Assembly (NCBI GenBank): GCA_964016885.1
Contig: OZ024742.1
Coordinates: 365,614,001-365,678,000 of the forward strand
Length of the DNA: 64,000 bases
Direction: 5' to 3'
Origin: Eledone cirrhosa
Taxonomy: Eukaryota
The position numbers were made by a program, and so were the translations under genes. The notes beneath the pieces were generated by a model. The model was not told where the DNA came from. It worked only from the letters and a program-made list of their open reading frames with translations, and searched no databases. Below, piece after piece: positions 26,035 through 37,200 of the stretch. Within the stretch, counting starts at the first letter, position 1. Every line of letters begins with the position of its first letter.

Positions 26035-27148
26035 ATGTTGCTCTTACTGTTGTTGTTGTTATTGTTGTTGTTATTGTTATTGTTGTTGTTGTTATTGTTG
26101 TTGGTGTTGTTCTTGTTGTTGTTGTTCTTCTTCTTCTTGGTCTTACTATTGTTGTTGTTTATTACATTGTTGCTGCTAAAGTTAATGATGTTATTGCTGT
26201 TGTTGTTGTTGTTGTTGTTGTTGTTGGTGGTGGTGTTATTGGTGGTGTTGTTGTTGGTGTTGTTGGTGGTGTTGTTGTTGGTGTTGTTGGTGGTGTTGTT
26301 GTTGTTATTGGTGTTGTTGTTGTTGGTGGTGGTGGTACTGGTTTTGGTGTTGTTGTTGTTGTTGTTGGTGTTGGTGGTATTGTTGGTGTTGTTGTTGTTG
26401 TTGTTGTTGGTGGTGTTGTTGTTGGTGTTGTTGGTGGTGTTGTTGTTGGTGTTGATGTTGTTGTTGGTGTTGTTATTGGTGTTGTTGTTGTTGGTGGTGG
26501 TGGTACTGGTTTTGGTGTTGTTGTTGTTGTTGTTGGTGTTGGTGGTATTGTTGGTGTTGTTGTTGTTGTTGTTGTTGGTGGTGTTGTTGTTGGTGGTGGT
26601 GTTGTTGGTGTTGTTGGTGTTGCTATTGGTGTTGGTGGTGGTGGTGTTGTTGTTGTTGTTGTTGGTGGTGGTGTTGTTGTTGTTGGTGTTGTTGTTGGTG
26701 GTGTTGTTGTTGTTGGTGTTGTTATTGGTGTTGTTGTTGTTGGTGGTGGTGGTACTGGTTTTGGTGTTGTTGTTGTTGTTGTTGGTGTTGGTGGTATTGT
26801 TGGTGTTGTTGTTGTTGTTGTTGGTGGTGGTGTTGTTGTTGTTGGTGTTGTTGTTGGTGGTGGTGTTGTTGGTGTTGTTGGTGTTGCTATTGGTGTTGTT
26901 GTTGTTGGTGTTGGTGTTGTTGTTGTTGGTGTTGGTGGTATTGTTGGTGTTGTTGTTGTTGTTGTTGTTGTTGTTGGTGTTGTTGGTGTTGCTATTGGTG
27001 TTGTTGTTGTTAGTGTTGTTGTTGTTGTTGTTGGTGGTGGTGTTGTTGTTGTTATTGGTGTTGTTGTTGTTGGTGTTGTTATTGGTGTTGTTGTAACTGT
27101 TGCTGTTGTAACTGTTGTTGTTGTTGCTGTAACTGTTGTTGTTGTTGC
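26035..27148. repeat. 1.1-kb cryptic (TTG/GTG)n trinucleotide array
   Basis: In-phase TTG/GTG triplets with recurring marker GGTGGTACTGGTTTTGG at ~26330, 26500 and 26750. Confidence 0.95.
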
Positions 27149-27746
27149 TCAAAGCATTAGGTTTCTTAGTACAAATATTTGAAGCACTTATTTTCACCTT
27201 CAATTATCCAACGTACCAAGATTTCTCGCAATAAAAGTCGTGCTTAAGAAAGGAATCTTTCTATAAACGAAAAATTTGAGCTGCAAATAATGTATGGCCC
27301 GACTGTGTGTGTGTAAATGTGATGTCTGCGAGGTGTGTAGTGTGTGTGTGGTGTGTGTGAGTAAATTGTATGTATGTGTGGTGTTGGTGTGTGCTATGAG
27401 TGTGTAAGTCTGTTGTGTATGTGATGTATGTGTGTGTTGGTGTCTACTGTGTTCCTATTTTAGATATCAATTATATTGTTGTTTTTTCCTGCTATTTTCT
27501 TCTTCATCTACTAACTTATTATTTATTGCTTTAAACACTAAAATTGCCGGGTTTTGATGAGTTTTGTCGTGAGAGAAGGGGAGAGAAGGGGGAGAAGGGG
27601 GGAGAAGGGGAAGAAAACGACGAAGAAAGAGAAGACGAAGACGGTGTTTCTTGCAATAAATGTGATGTTTTTAGACTTGTTCTCTCAGCAAAACAGCATA
27701 AGTCCAAACTGTTGAAATAAGAATGACGATTATGTATATATATAGC

Positions 27747-27787
27747 GTCGAAACGGCTTGAGCTCTGCCGTCGGGGTCATGCTTTTT

Positions 27788-27791
<4 letters not shown>
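27747..27791 (+). mobile_element. 45-bp family A pLTR fragment (short end)
   Basis: GTCGAAACGGCTTGAGCTCTGCCGTCGGGGTCATGCTTTTTCCTA between TA tracts. Confidence 0.8.
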
Positions 27792-27845
<54 letters not shown>

Positions 27846-27916
27846 AAAAAAGAGATGAAATCGAAAATGCAACTGGAGTCTTATTTTTTTTTTTTTAAAT
27901 ATATATTTATTTGGTT

Positions 27917-27954
27917 CCTTTACCGGTTTCGCAGTTCTTCTGCTTTTCAAAAGG
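27917..27954 (-). ncRNA. Minimal type-I hammerhead, U3-A8 variant, fully paired
   Basis: Minus strand: CCTT TTGAAAA GCAG aagaa CTGC GAAA CCGG TA AAGG, with palindromic CCGG loop III. Confidence 0.85.
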
Positions 27955-28261
27955 TGAGTTGAGATGGAGGGTCTGTGGCTTTTCTCACACCTGGTTGGTC
28001 TCTGAATGTTACTTGTTTTATATGGAAAAAGTGGCTCGAAATGCCAGGTTTTTCGAGAAGTAATTTGAATGGTTGGTCAATAATTATAATAAATTTCGCG
28101 CCAGTTTGCGTTACATTAGTTCTTCAAATAAGAGGGGGGGGGGTTGTCACAGGTTGCTTTTTCATATAAGAAATTCAAACACACACACACACGACACACA
28201 CACACACACACACGCACACACACGCAAGCACACAAATAAACATACATATCTTTACTTTCTT

Positions 28262-28362
<101 letters not shown>

Positions 28363-28888
28363 CACACAAGCACACAAATAAACATACATATCTTTACTTT
28401 CTTTATTCAATAGAAAATCTGAATTCTGACACCCCAGCGAACTAACCATATTCACTGAACCAGAACAATTCTCCTATCCCATTTCTCTTGACCATTATCT
28501 TTTACTTATCATAAAATTCTCTAAAAAGGCTACAGAATGGATTTCCAAATAAGGGCGCGAAAATTTAATGGAAACTTGTTCACGTGACAGCCATAATTTC
28601 ATTTATAACCAATAAAAAAAATAGCCTTCGTGAGCCCCTTTTTTCAAGTAAAAAGAAATTCAAACGCTCATATATGAAAAAAACAACCTGTGAACCCCCC
28701 CCCCCCCCCTCTTATTTGAAGAACTATTGTAATGCGAACTGGCGCGAAATTTATTATAATTATTGACCAACCATTCAAATTACTTCTCGAAAAACCTGGC
28801 GTTTCGAGTCACTTTTTCCATATAAAACAAGTAACATTCAGAGACCAACCAGATGTGAGAAAAGCCACAGACCCTCCATCTCAACTCT

Positions 28889-28926
28889 ACTTTTGAAAAG
28901 CAGAAGAACTGCGAAACCGGTAAAGG
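28889..28926 (+). ncRNA. Minimal type-I hammerhead, U3-A8 variant (right arm)
   Basis: aCTT TTGAAAA GCAG aagaa CTGC GAAA CCGG TA AAGg. Confidence 0.82.
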
Positions 28927-29057
28927 AACCAAATAAATATATATATTTAAAAAAAAAATAAGACTCCAGTTGCATTTTCGATTTCATCTCTTTTTCTTTA
29001 TACTTTCACTCGTGTAGGACACCTCGGTTATTTTTCAATTTGTAAAAAAAACCTCAC

Positions 29058-29104
<47 letters not shown>

Positions 29105-29106
<2 letters not shown>

Positions 29107-29336
29107 TAGTATGGTTTTGAAACAGTGAGCAGGTTTGAAATTAGAAAATAGAATAGCTTTCACTGTATTTTTGACTAAAGAAATTTTAGTCTGATAATCG
29201 GGTTTAGAACCCCCAGATAAATGGAAAAAGATGAGTATTGACGTCCCATGTACGTCAATACTCATCTTTTTCCATTTATCTGAGGGTTCTAAACCCCATT
29301 ATCAGACTAAAATTTCTTTTGTCAAAAATACGGTGA

Positions 29337-29340
<4 letters not shown>
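29105..29340. mobile_element. Near-perfect ~87-bp hairpin with a one-sided 55-nt extension in (TA)n
   Basis: 29159-29245 pairs with 29252-29338 around a CCCATGT loop. Confidence 0.8.
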
Positions 29341-29410
<70 letters not shown>

Positions 29411-29596
29411 ATATATATAAATATATATATATGTATATATATATATTTAAAAGACTAGAGATGTAACGCACGAGTTATGATATATTGGTAAAACGAAAAG
29501 AAAATGCTGACAAATTTTTCCCAGTGAAAAATAGTTTAATTAGGAATAAGTAAAAATTAGTAATAGTATTGGTTAGTATTCAGTTTTGGTTTTAAG

Positions 29597-29634
29597 TGTT
29601 TAACGGTTGCGCATTTCTAATGCTTTTCAAGAAT
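29597..29634 (-). ncRNA. Decayed U3-A8 hammerhead of family E
   Basis: Minus strand: TTGAAAA GCATT aga AATGC GCAA CCGT TA. GAAA has become GCAA and stem I is lost. Confidence 0.5.
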
Positions 29635-30701
29635 AATTTTGAGATAGAGCGCCCGTGATGTTTGCTCTAATCTGATTAGTTTTGGAAATTCTACCTTTTT
29701 TATGTGAAAAAGGTGGCTCCAGATGTATTAAAATAAGTTTCGCGCCAATTCGTGTTGCAAAAATTCTTGTGATCAAAACAGTTTTGATTGGTCGGTAGAG
29801 GTCATGTGAATGTTAAAAATTGATTTTGCGCCAAACGTAGGTTTGTCGCGGCTGATTAAGATGTCACTGAAAAATAAGTCTTTTAAGACAAATATGTGTG
29901 TGTGTGTGTGTGTGTGTAGTAGTAGTAAAGAGGTTCATTGTGATAATGGTCAGCAGGGATGTGTGTGCGAATTGTAGTTTGTTGACAGGTCAACAGTTCA
30001 GATGCCTATTAAGACAAGTGTGTGTGTGTGTAGCAGAGTAATTCGTGGTAGAGGGATCGGTCTGTAGGAATGTGTCTGTACGTGTGTGGGGGATATTTTA
30101 ACATGTTAAAATATATTTTTCAACTCTTGTCTTATACGGAGAAGTGTGTGTGTGTGTGTGTGTGTATGTCTCTTTGTATGTTAGTGTACGCGTGTGTATG
30201 TGTGTGTGTATATGTCTGTGTGTGTGTGTGTGTGTATGTGTGTATGTGTGTGTGAACCAGTATTTTTGTGATACTGGTAAAAATGGTGTACATTATTCGA
30301 TATTTTCAGTAAAAACGATTCTCTCAAAAGAACATCAAACACATTAATAATAAAAGGTGTGAAGTAATATATAGTATTGGCATAACACCAAGAAGTGTGT
30401 GAGCGTCCAGATTGTACGTACTGCAAGGGGAATCCATTAGGCCTTGCCGTATTGGAATACTTGTGTACAAATATGTATATGCCCATCAGTGTGCAATGCA
30501 TGTGTGCGTATATGTATGTGTGTGTGTCGGCACGTTTATATCTATAGACATCAAAAGGTATGCAAATTTGTGTATATTTGTGTTGCACCATAGAACATGT
30601 GTGTTTACGTATGTCATTGTGTTTATATGTGGATAGAGATGTATGTAGGATGTATGCTGATGTAGGTATGTATGTTGACGTGTGTATGTTGTGGGTTCGT
30701 C

Positions 30702-32950
30702 TTAGGGAGAAGTGTTTAGACGGGGTCCGTATTTGTTAATAAAGTGAGATTCCTTGCTGATGCGCTGGGTGTAGGTGGCATTATCTTTAAATTTGTAGAG
30801 GGGAAAGATTCTGAAGTTGGGATGATTTGGGGCGGCACAGGTATCAATGTGTTCACTTAGTGGTATTTTCCTGTATTCCCGTATTTTAATTTGGGATCTA
30901 TGGACAGTCATTCGTTGGCGGAGGCTGTCTTTGGTCTGGCCTATGTATTGTTCTCAACAACCTGAGCAAGTTAATATATATATTAGATTTTCTGATGCGC
31001 ATGTGAAATAGTGTTTTACTATAAAACGTTGTCCTTCTTTGAAATAGAATTCCGAACCCTCTATTAGGTTGATGCATATGCCACAGTTGGGTCTATCGCA
31101 TTTTTTTACTGTGGGTTTCGTTGTTGTGGTTGGCAGTACTTTGGCATGTGTTAGCATGTTTTTCATTGACTTGGATTGTCTTTTGCTCTTTATGATATCA
31201 TGTGTTCGTAGGATTTGGTTCATTCTATGGTCCTTTTTTAACACAGGGATGTTCTGGAGGATGGTGTCAAAGGCCTCATTGTTGAGGGGGTTGTGTGTGG
31301 AGATGTATGGAAGAGCTTTTAGTTTCGGTTGATTTACTTTAGGGTGTCTAAGGACCTGGGTACTGAGTTTTAGGGCACGTTGGATTCCATTGTCAATTAG
31401 TGATGCAGGGTAGTCCCTGCCTATGAGTGTGTCCTTTAGTTCTTGTAGCCGTAAGTAACAGGTGTTTTTATTGGAGACTATAGTACAGATCTCTTGGCTA
31501 AGTTCTAGGGAATATTAATTTTAACGTGTCTAGGGCGGCAAGAGTTGAAAGGATGATATTTCTTGGAGTCTGTGGGCTTGTAGTATATGTCTGTTTCTAT
31601 TTTTTTGTTATGAATCTTAATGAGGATGTCGAGGAAGGGGAGTTGTTGATGGCTGTATCCCATTGTGAAGTTAATATTCGTGTTAAGCCCATTTATAAGG
31701 GTGTGAAATTCTTTAAGTTTCTCGATGTTTTCGTGCCAAAGGATGAAGCAGTCATCTAGATATCGCTTCCAGTTCCTTTCTATGTGTAAGTGGAGAGTGT
31801 TTCCAAATTTGTTTAGTACTTTAGTGTAGAGGGTGATTTCCAGGTATCCCATGACTAGGTTGGCATAAGTGGGGGCTGTTTTCGTTCCCATAGCGGTCCC
31901 AGATTTCTGCCTGTAGGGTTTGTTATTGAAAACGAAGTAATTGTTCTCCAAGATAAATTTGAGTCGCTCTATCACGAATTCTTTTTTGATGCGTTGTGGG
32001 AGTTCATTGTGGTAATTATCCAGCCAGAATTGGATAGCTTCTATTTCTAGGTTGTGGGGGATGTTGGAGTATAGGTTGACTACATCGAACGTCACTAGTA
32101 GGGTTTGTTCAGAAAGGGGCATATTAGGGAGGTGATTGAGCATATCTAGGTCGTCCCTTATATAGCTTTTGATGTGTTTGAGAAGGGTATCAATGAAGTT
32201 GCTAAGGCGGTGGGTTTGGCAAGCGGGGCCTATTATAGGTCTTAATTTGAGATCATTGGGTGAGGGGACATTGATGACTATGTGTGTGGCTTCCTTGCAT
32301 GCCTTACTTATTAATTCGCTTTTATGTACTTTAGGGATACCGTAGAAAAGTCTGGATTTACTTGTTTAGTCTGTGATGAAGCTGAATTCCTTGTTAGTGA
32401 GTCCTTCTTTGTATTGGTTGATTAGAGTTTTTAGGTTTCTCATAATTTTCTGTAGTGTTCAGCCTTTTCGTAGTATGTTTCGTTTTCCAAAGTGGAGAGC
32501 GCTAAGTTGATATAGAATTCTGTCTCCATTAGGACTACTGTACTCCCTTTATCAGCCTCTTTAATTGTAATGGTTCTGTCGGTTTTTAATCTATTTAATT
32601 CTTCCCATTCTTTCTTGTTGAGGTTTGGCTTGTGTTTTTGGCTGTACAAGTGTTGGTAAGGGAAGTTTGTGATGTGTTCACAGAATTCGTCCAGGATTTT
32701 ATTTCTACCTTTTGATGGGGTGTAATTGCTTCTATTTCTGGCTAATGATTCATCCTCATGGTACTGGTCGAATAGTTCTTCACTGAGTCGTAACTTTCTA
32801 CAGTAGTCTGTGATGTCTTCCTTCATTTCATAGTAGTTAGGACATAGTGGGATCGGTGTGAATTTAAGACCTTTGGAGAGTAAGTTGATAAGGTTGGGTG
32901 TTGGTTCTGCACTAGTTAGATTGATAATTTGTATTACTCTCGGTTTCTCC
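30702..32950 (-). pseudogene. Disrupted PLE RT-GIY-YIG ORF
   Basis: ORFs 32440-32826, 31505-32143, 30954-31244 and 30702-30911 are collinear and separated by stops or frameshifts. Confidence 0.9.
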
Positions 32951-33271
32951 TCCCTGTCTTGTGTTATTTTGTTTGCCTGTATCTGTGTGCTGTGTCTAAA
33001 AAATGGTTGGGGTAGAGGGGTTGTCTGCTGATGTTAAGTGGTCTCCTGTGTTTGTAATATTCCTTGTTGTTGTAAAATGTGGTTCGGGTTGGTGGTTGTA
33101 GATTGAATGGGGTGTTCCTGTATTGCGAGTATGGATGTGTGTTTCTATGTGCCATGTTGGATTGTGGTGTTATAGGTGGCCTACGTTGGTGGTTGTATCG
33201 TGTGGTGTTTGTTTTTGTTGTGTATTATGGAAGCGAGAGTTGAGAAAATGTAAATTACATTGCTGTCCCCT

Positions 33272-33305
<34 letters not shown>

Positions 33306-33309
33306 TAGA

Positions 33310-33504
33310 TAATGAAGGAATTGTGGTAAGGAACCAGATGGATCATAACGCACCAGTGTACTCAATACTTAGGTAGTAGAGTGGGTAATAGGAAAAAGTA
33401 TGACCCCTACGGCAGAGCTCAAGCCGTTTCGACGGCTATTTCTGAGTCCAGAAATAGCCTTCGAAACGGCTTGAGCTCTGCCGTCGGGGTCATACTTTTT
33501 CCTA
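33310..33504. mobile_element. Family A mini-foldback (two inverted pLTR ends, no ORF)
   Basis: An inverted long-tailed end (33310-33444) is joined through CTG-AGTC-CAG to a forward short end (33449-33504). Confidence 0.88.
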
Positions 33505-33689
33505 TATATATATATAATATTGGTAGTCGGCTTTCCAGACGATTTCGTTTGTATGAAACAGTTCTAGTCCTGTAGAAGCCATTTCTATATTAAACATTAT
33601 ATATTAAATGAAATATCAAAGGTGTATATATACATACATATATATATGTATAGAATATATGTATATATACACCTTTGATATTTCATTTC

Positions 33690-33746
<57 letters not shown>

Positions 33747-33792
33747 GAGATATTTCTAAACAATGAAACAGTTCTAGTCCTGTAGAATCTCA

Positions 33793-33836
<44 letters not shown>

Positions 33837-33840
33837 CTCA

Positions 33841-33882
<42 letters not shown>

Positions 33883-33886
33883 CTCA

Positions 33887-33933
<47 letters not shown>

Positions 33934-33937
33934 CCTG

Positions 33938-33971
<34 letters not shown>

Positions 33972-33973
<2 letters not shown>

Positions 33974-34070
33974 GGGTGTCCCAACAAATTGTTTACACAC
34001 TTCAACAGCATCCTAATAAATATTGCCTGTACAGGTAATCAAATTATGTATACATTTTCTGTGGATACCC

Positions 34071-34072
<2 letters not shown>
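33972..34072. mobile_element. Tc1/mariner-type MITE, ~100 bp
   Basis: TA-flanked imperfect TIRs CAGGGTGTCCCAACAAATTGTTTACACA / TATGTATACATTTTCTGTGGATACCCT. Confidence 0.6.
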
Positions 34073-34109
<37 letters not shown>

Positions 34110-34289
34110 CTTTGATATTTCATTTCTAATAGAAAACCGTATTTATTGAAATGATACCTTAATAATTTAAAAAATAGAAATGATAGCTCTGTAATAATAG
34201 AAGCAGAATATATTCAATTATTGCTTTATTAAGAACTTGTTTTTTTTCCTGGAGTATTTAATCATTAAATACTTCTAAGACTCAGTTGA

Positions 34290-37200
34290 TTCCATATATT
34301 GTCAAAAAACTATATTCCATATATTGTCAGAAAACTATATTCCATATATTGTTGTCATAAAATTATATTCCATATATTGTTGTCAGAAAATAATATTCCA
34401 TATATTGTCAGAAAACTATATTCCATATATTGTTGCCAGAAAACTATATTCCATATATTGTTGTCAGAAAACCATATTCCATTTATTGTCAGAAAAATAT
34501 ATTCCATATATTGTGGTGAGAAAACTATATTCCATATATTGTCAGAAAAGTATATTCCATATATTGTCAGAAAACTATATTCCATATATTGTTGTCAGGA
34601 AACTATATTCCATATATTGTTGTCAGAAAACTATATTCCATATATTGTCAGAAAACTATATTCCATATATTGTGGTGAGAAAACTATATTCCATATATTG
34701 TGGTGAGAAAACTATATTCCATATATTGTCAGAAAACTATATTCCATATATTGTTGTCAGGAAACTATGTTCCATATATTGTTGTCAGAAAACTATATTC
34801 CATATATTGTCAGAAAACTATATTCCATATATTGTGGTGAGAAAACTATATTCCATATATTGTCAGAAAAGTATATTCCATATATTGTCAGAAAACTATA
34901 TTCCATATATTGTTGTCAGGAAACTATATTCCATATATTGTTGTCAGAAAACTATATTCCATATATTGTTCTCAGAAAACTATATTCCATATATTGTTGT
35001 CAAAAAACTATATTCCATATATTGTTCTCAGAAAACTATATTCCATATATTGTTCTCAGAAAACTATATTCCATATATTGTTCTCAGAAAACTGTTCCAT
35101 ATATTGTCGTCAGAAAACTATATTCCATATATTGTCAGAAAAGTATATTCCATATATTGTCAGAAAACTATATTCCATATATTGTCAGAAAACTATATTC
35201 AATATATTGTTATCAGAAAGCTATATTCCATATATTGTTGTCAGTAAACTATATTCCATATATTGTCAGAAAACTATATTCCATATATTGTTGTCAGAAA
35301 ACTATATTCCATATATTGTCAGAAAACTATATTCCATATATTGTCAGAAAACTATATTCCATATATTGACAGAAAACTATATTCCATATATTGTTGTCAG
35401 AAAACTATATTCCATATATTGTCAGAAAACTATATTCCATATATTGTTGTCAGAAAACTATATTCCATATATTGTCAGAAAACTATATTCCATATATTGT
35501 CAGAAAACTATATTCCATATATTGATGTCTGAAAACTATATTCCATATATTGTCAGAAAACTATATTCCATATATTGTTGTCAGAAAACTATATTCCATA
35601 TATTGTCAGAAAACTATATTCCATATATTGTTGTCAGAAAACTATATTCCATATATTGTTGTCAGGAAACTATATTCCATATATTGTCAGACAACTATAT
35701 TCCATATATTGTTGTCAGAAAACTATATTCCATATATTGTCAGAAAACTATATTCCATATATTGTTGTCAGGAAACTATATTCCATATATTGTCAGACAA
35801 CTATATTCCATATATTGTTGTCAGAAAACTATATTCCATATATTGTTGTCAGAAAACTATATTCCATATATTGTCAGAAATCTATATTCCATATATTGTT
35901 GTCAGTAAATTATATTCCATATATTGTCAGAAAACTATATTCCATATATTGTTGTCAGAAAACTATATTCCATATATTGTCAGAAATCTATATTCCATAT
36001 ATTGTTGTCAGTAAATTATATTCCATATATTGTCAGAAAACTATATTCCATATATTGTTGTCAGAAAACTATATTCCATATATTATTGTCAGAAAACTAT
36101 ATTCCATATATTGTCAGAAAACTGTATTCCATATATTGTTGTCTGAAAACTATATTCCATATATTGTCAGACAACTATATTCCATATATTGTTGTCAGTA
36201 AACTATATTCCATATATTGTTGTCAGAAAACTATATTCCATATATTGTCAGAAAACTATATTCCATATATTGTCAGAAAACTATATTCCATATATTGTCA
36301 GAAAACTATATTCCATATATTGTTGTCATAAAACTATATTCCATATATTGTCAGAAAACTATATTCCATATACTGTTGTCAGAAAACTATATTCCATATA
36401 TTGTCAGAAAACTATATTCCATATATTGTCAGAAAACTATATTCCATATATTGATGTCTGAAAACTATATTCCATATATTGTCAGAAAACTATATTCCAT
36501 ATATTGTTGTCAGAAAACTATATTCCATATATTGTCAGAAAACTATATTCCATATATTGTCAGGAAACTATATTCCATATATTGTCAGAAAACTATATTC
36601 CATATATTGTTGTCAGAAAACTATATTCCATATATTGTCAGAAAACTATATTCCATATATTGATGTCTGAAAACTATATTCCATATATTGTCAGAAAACT
36701 ATATTCCATATATTGTTGTCAGAAAACTATATTCCATATATTGTTGTCAGTAAACTATATTCCATATATTGTTGTCAGAAAACTATATTCCATATATTGT
36801 TGTCAGAAAACTATATTCCATATATTGTTGTCAGTAAACTATATTCCATATATTGTCAGAAAACTATATTCCATATATTGTTGTCAGTAAACTATATTCC
36901 ATATATTGTCAGAAAACTATATTCCATATATTGTTGTCAGTAAACTATATTCCATATACTGTCAGAAATCTATATTCCATATATTGTTGTCAGTAAACTA
37001 TATTCCATATATTGTCAGAAAACTATTTTCCATATATTGTCAGAAAACTATATTCCATATATTGTCAGAAAACTATATTCCATATATTGTTGTCAGAAAA
37101 CTATATTCCATATGTTGTCAGAAAACTATATTCCATATATTGTTGTCAGTAAACTATATTCCATATATTGTCAGAAAACTATATTCCATATATTGTTGTC

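Larger units (their letters stand above)
29452..33272 (-). mobile_element. PLE family E (Neptune-like), degenerate
   Basis: Minus-strand pieces: LLSKGLKFTP, IKEADKG, TFDVVNLYSNI, QKSGTAMGT, WKRYLDD, LPFLD, YYKPTD, C-x4-C-x2-C, LIYILTC...QYIGQT. CA-rich 3' UTR and TA flanks. Clade label is inference. Confidence 0.9.

Noticed and set aside
26019-27203. Poly-Asn/Thr and poly-Leu/Val ORFs
   Set aside because: Trinucleotide-repeat artefacts with no domain or splice evidence.
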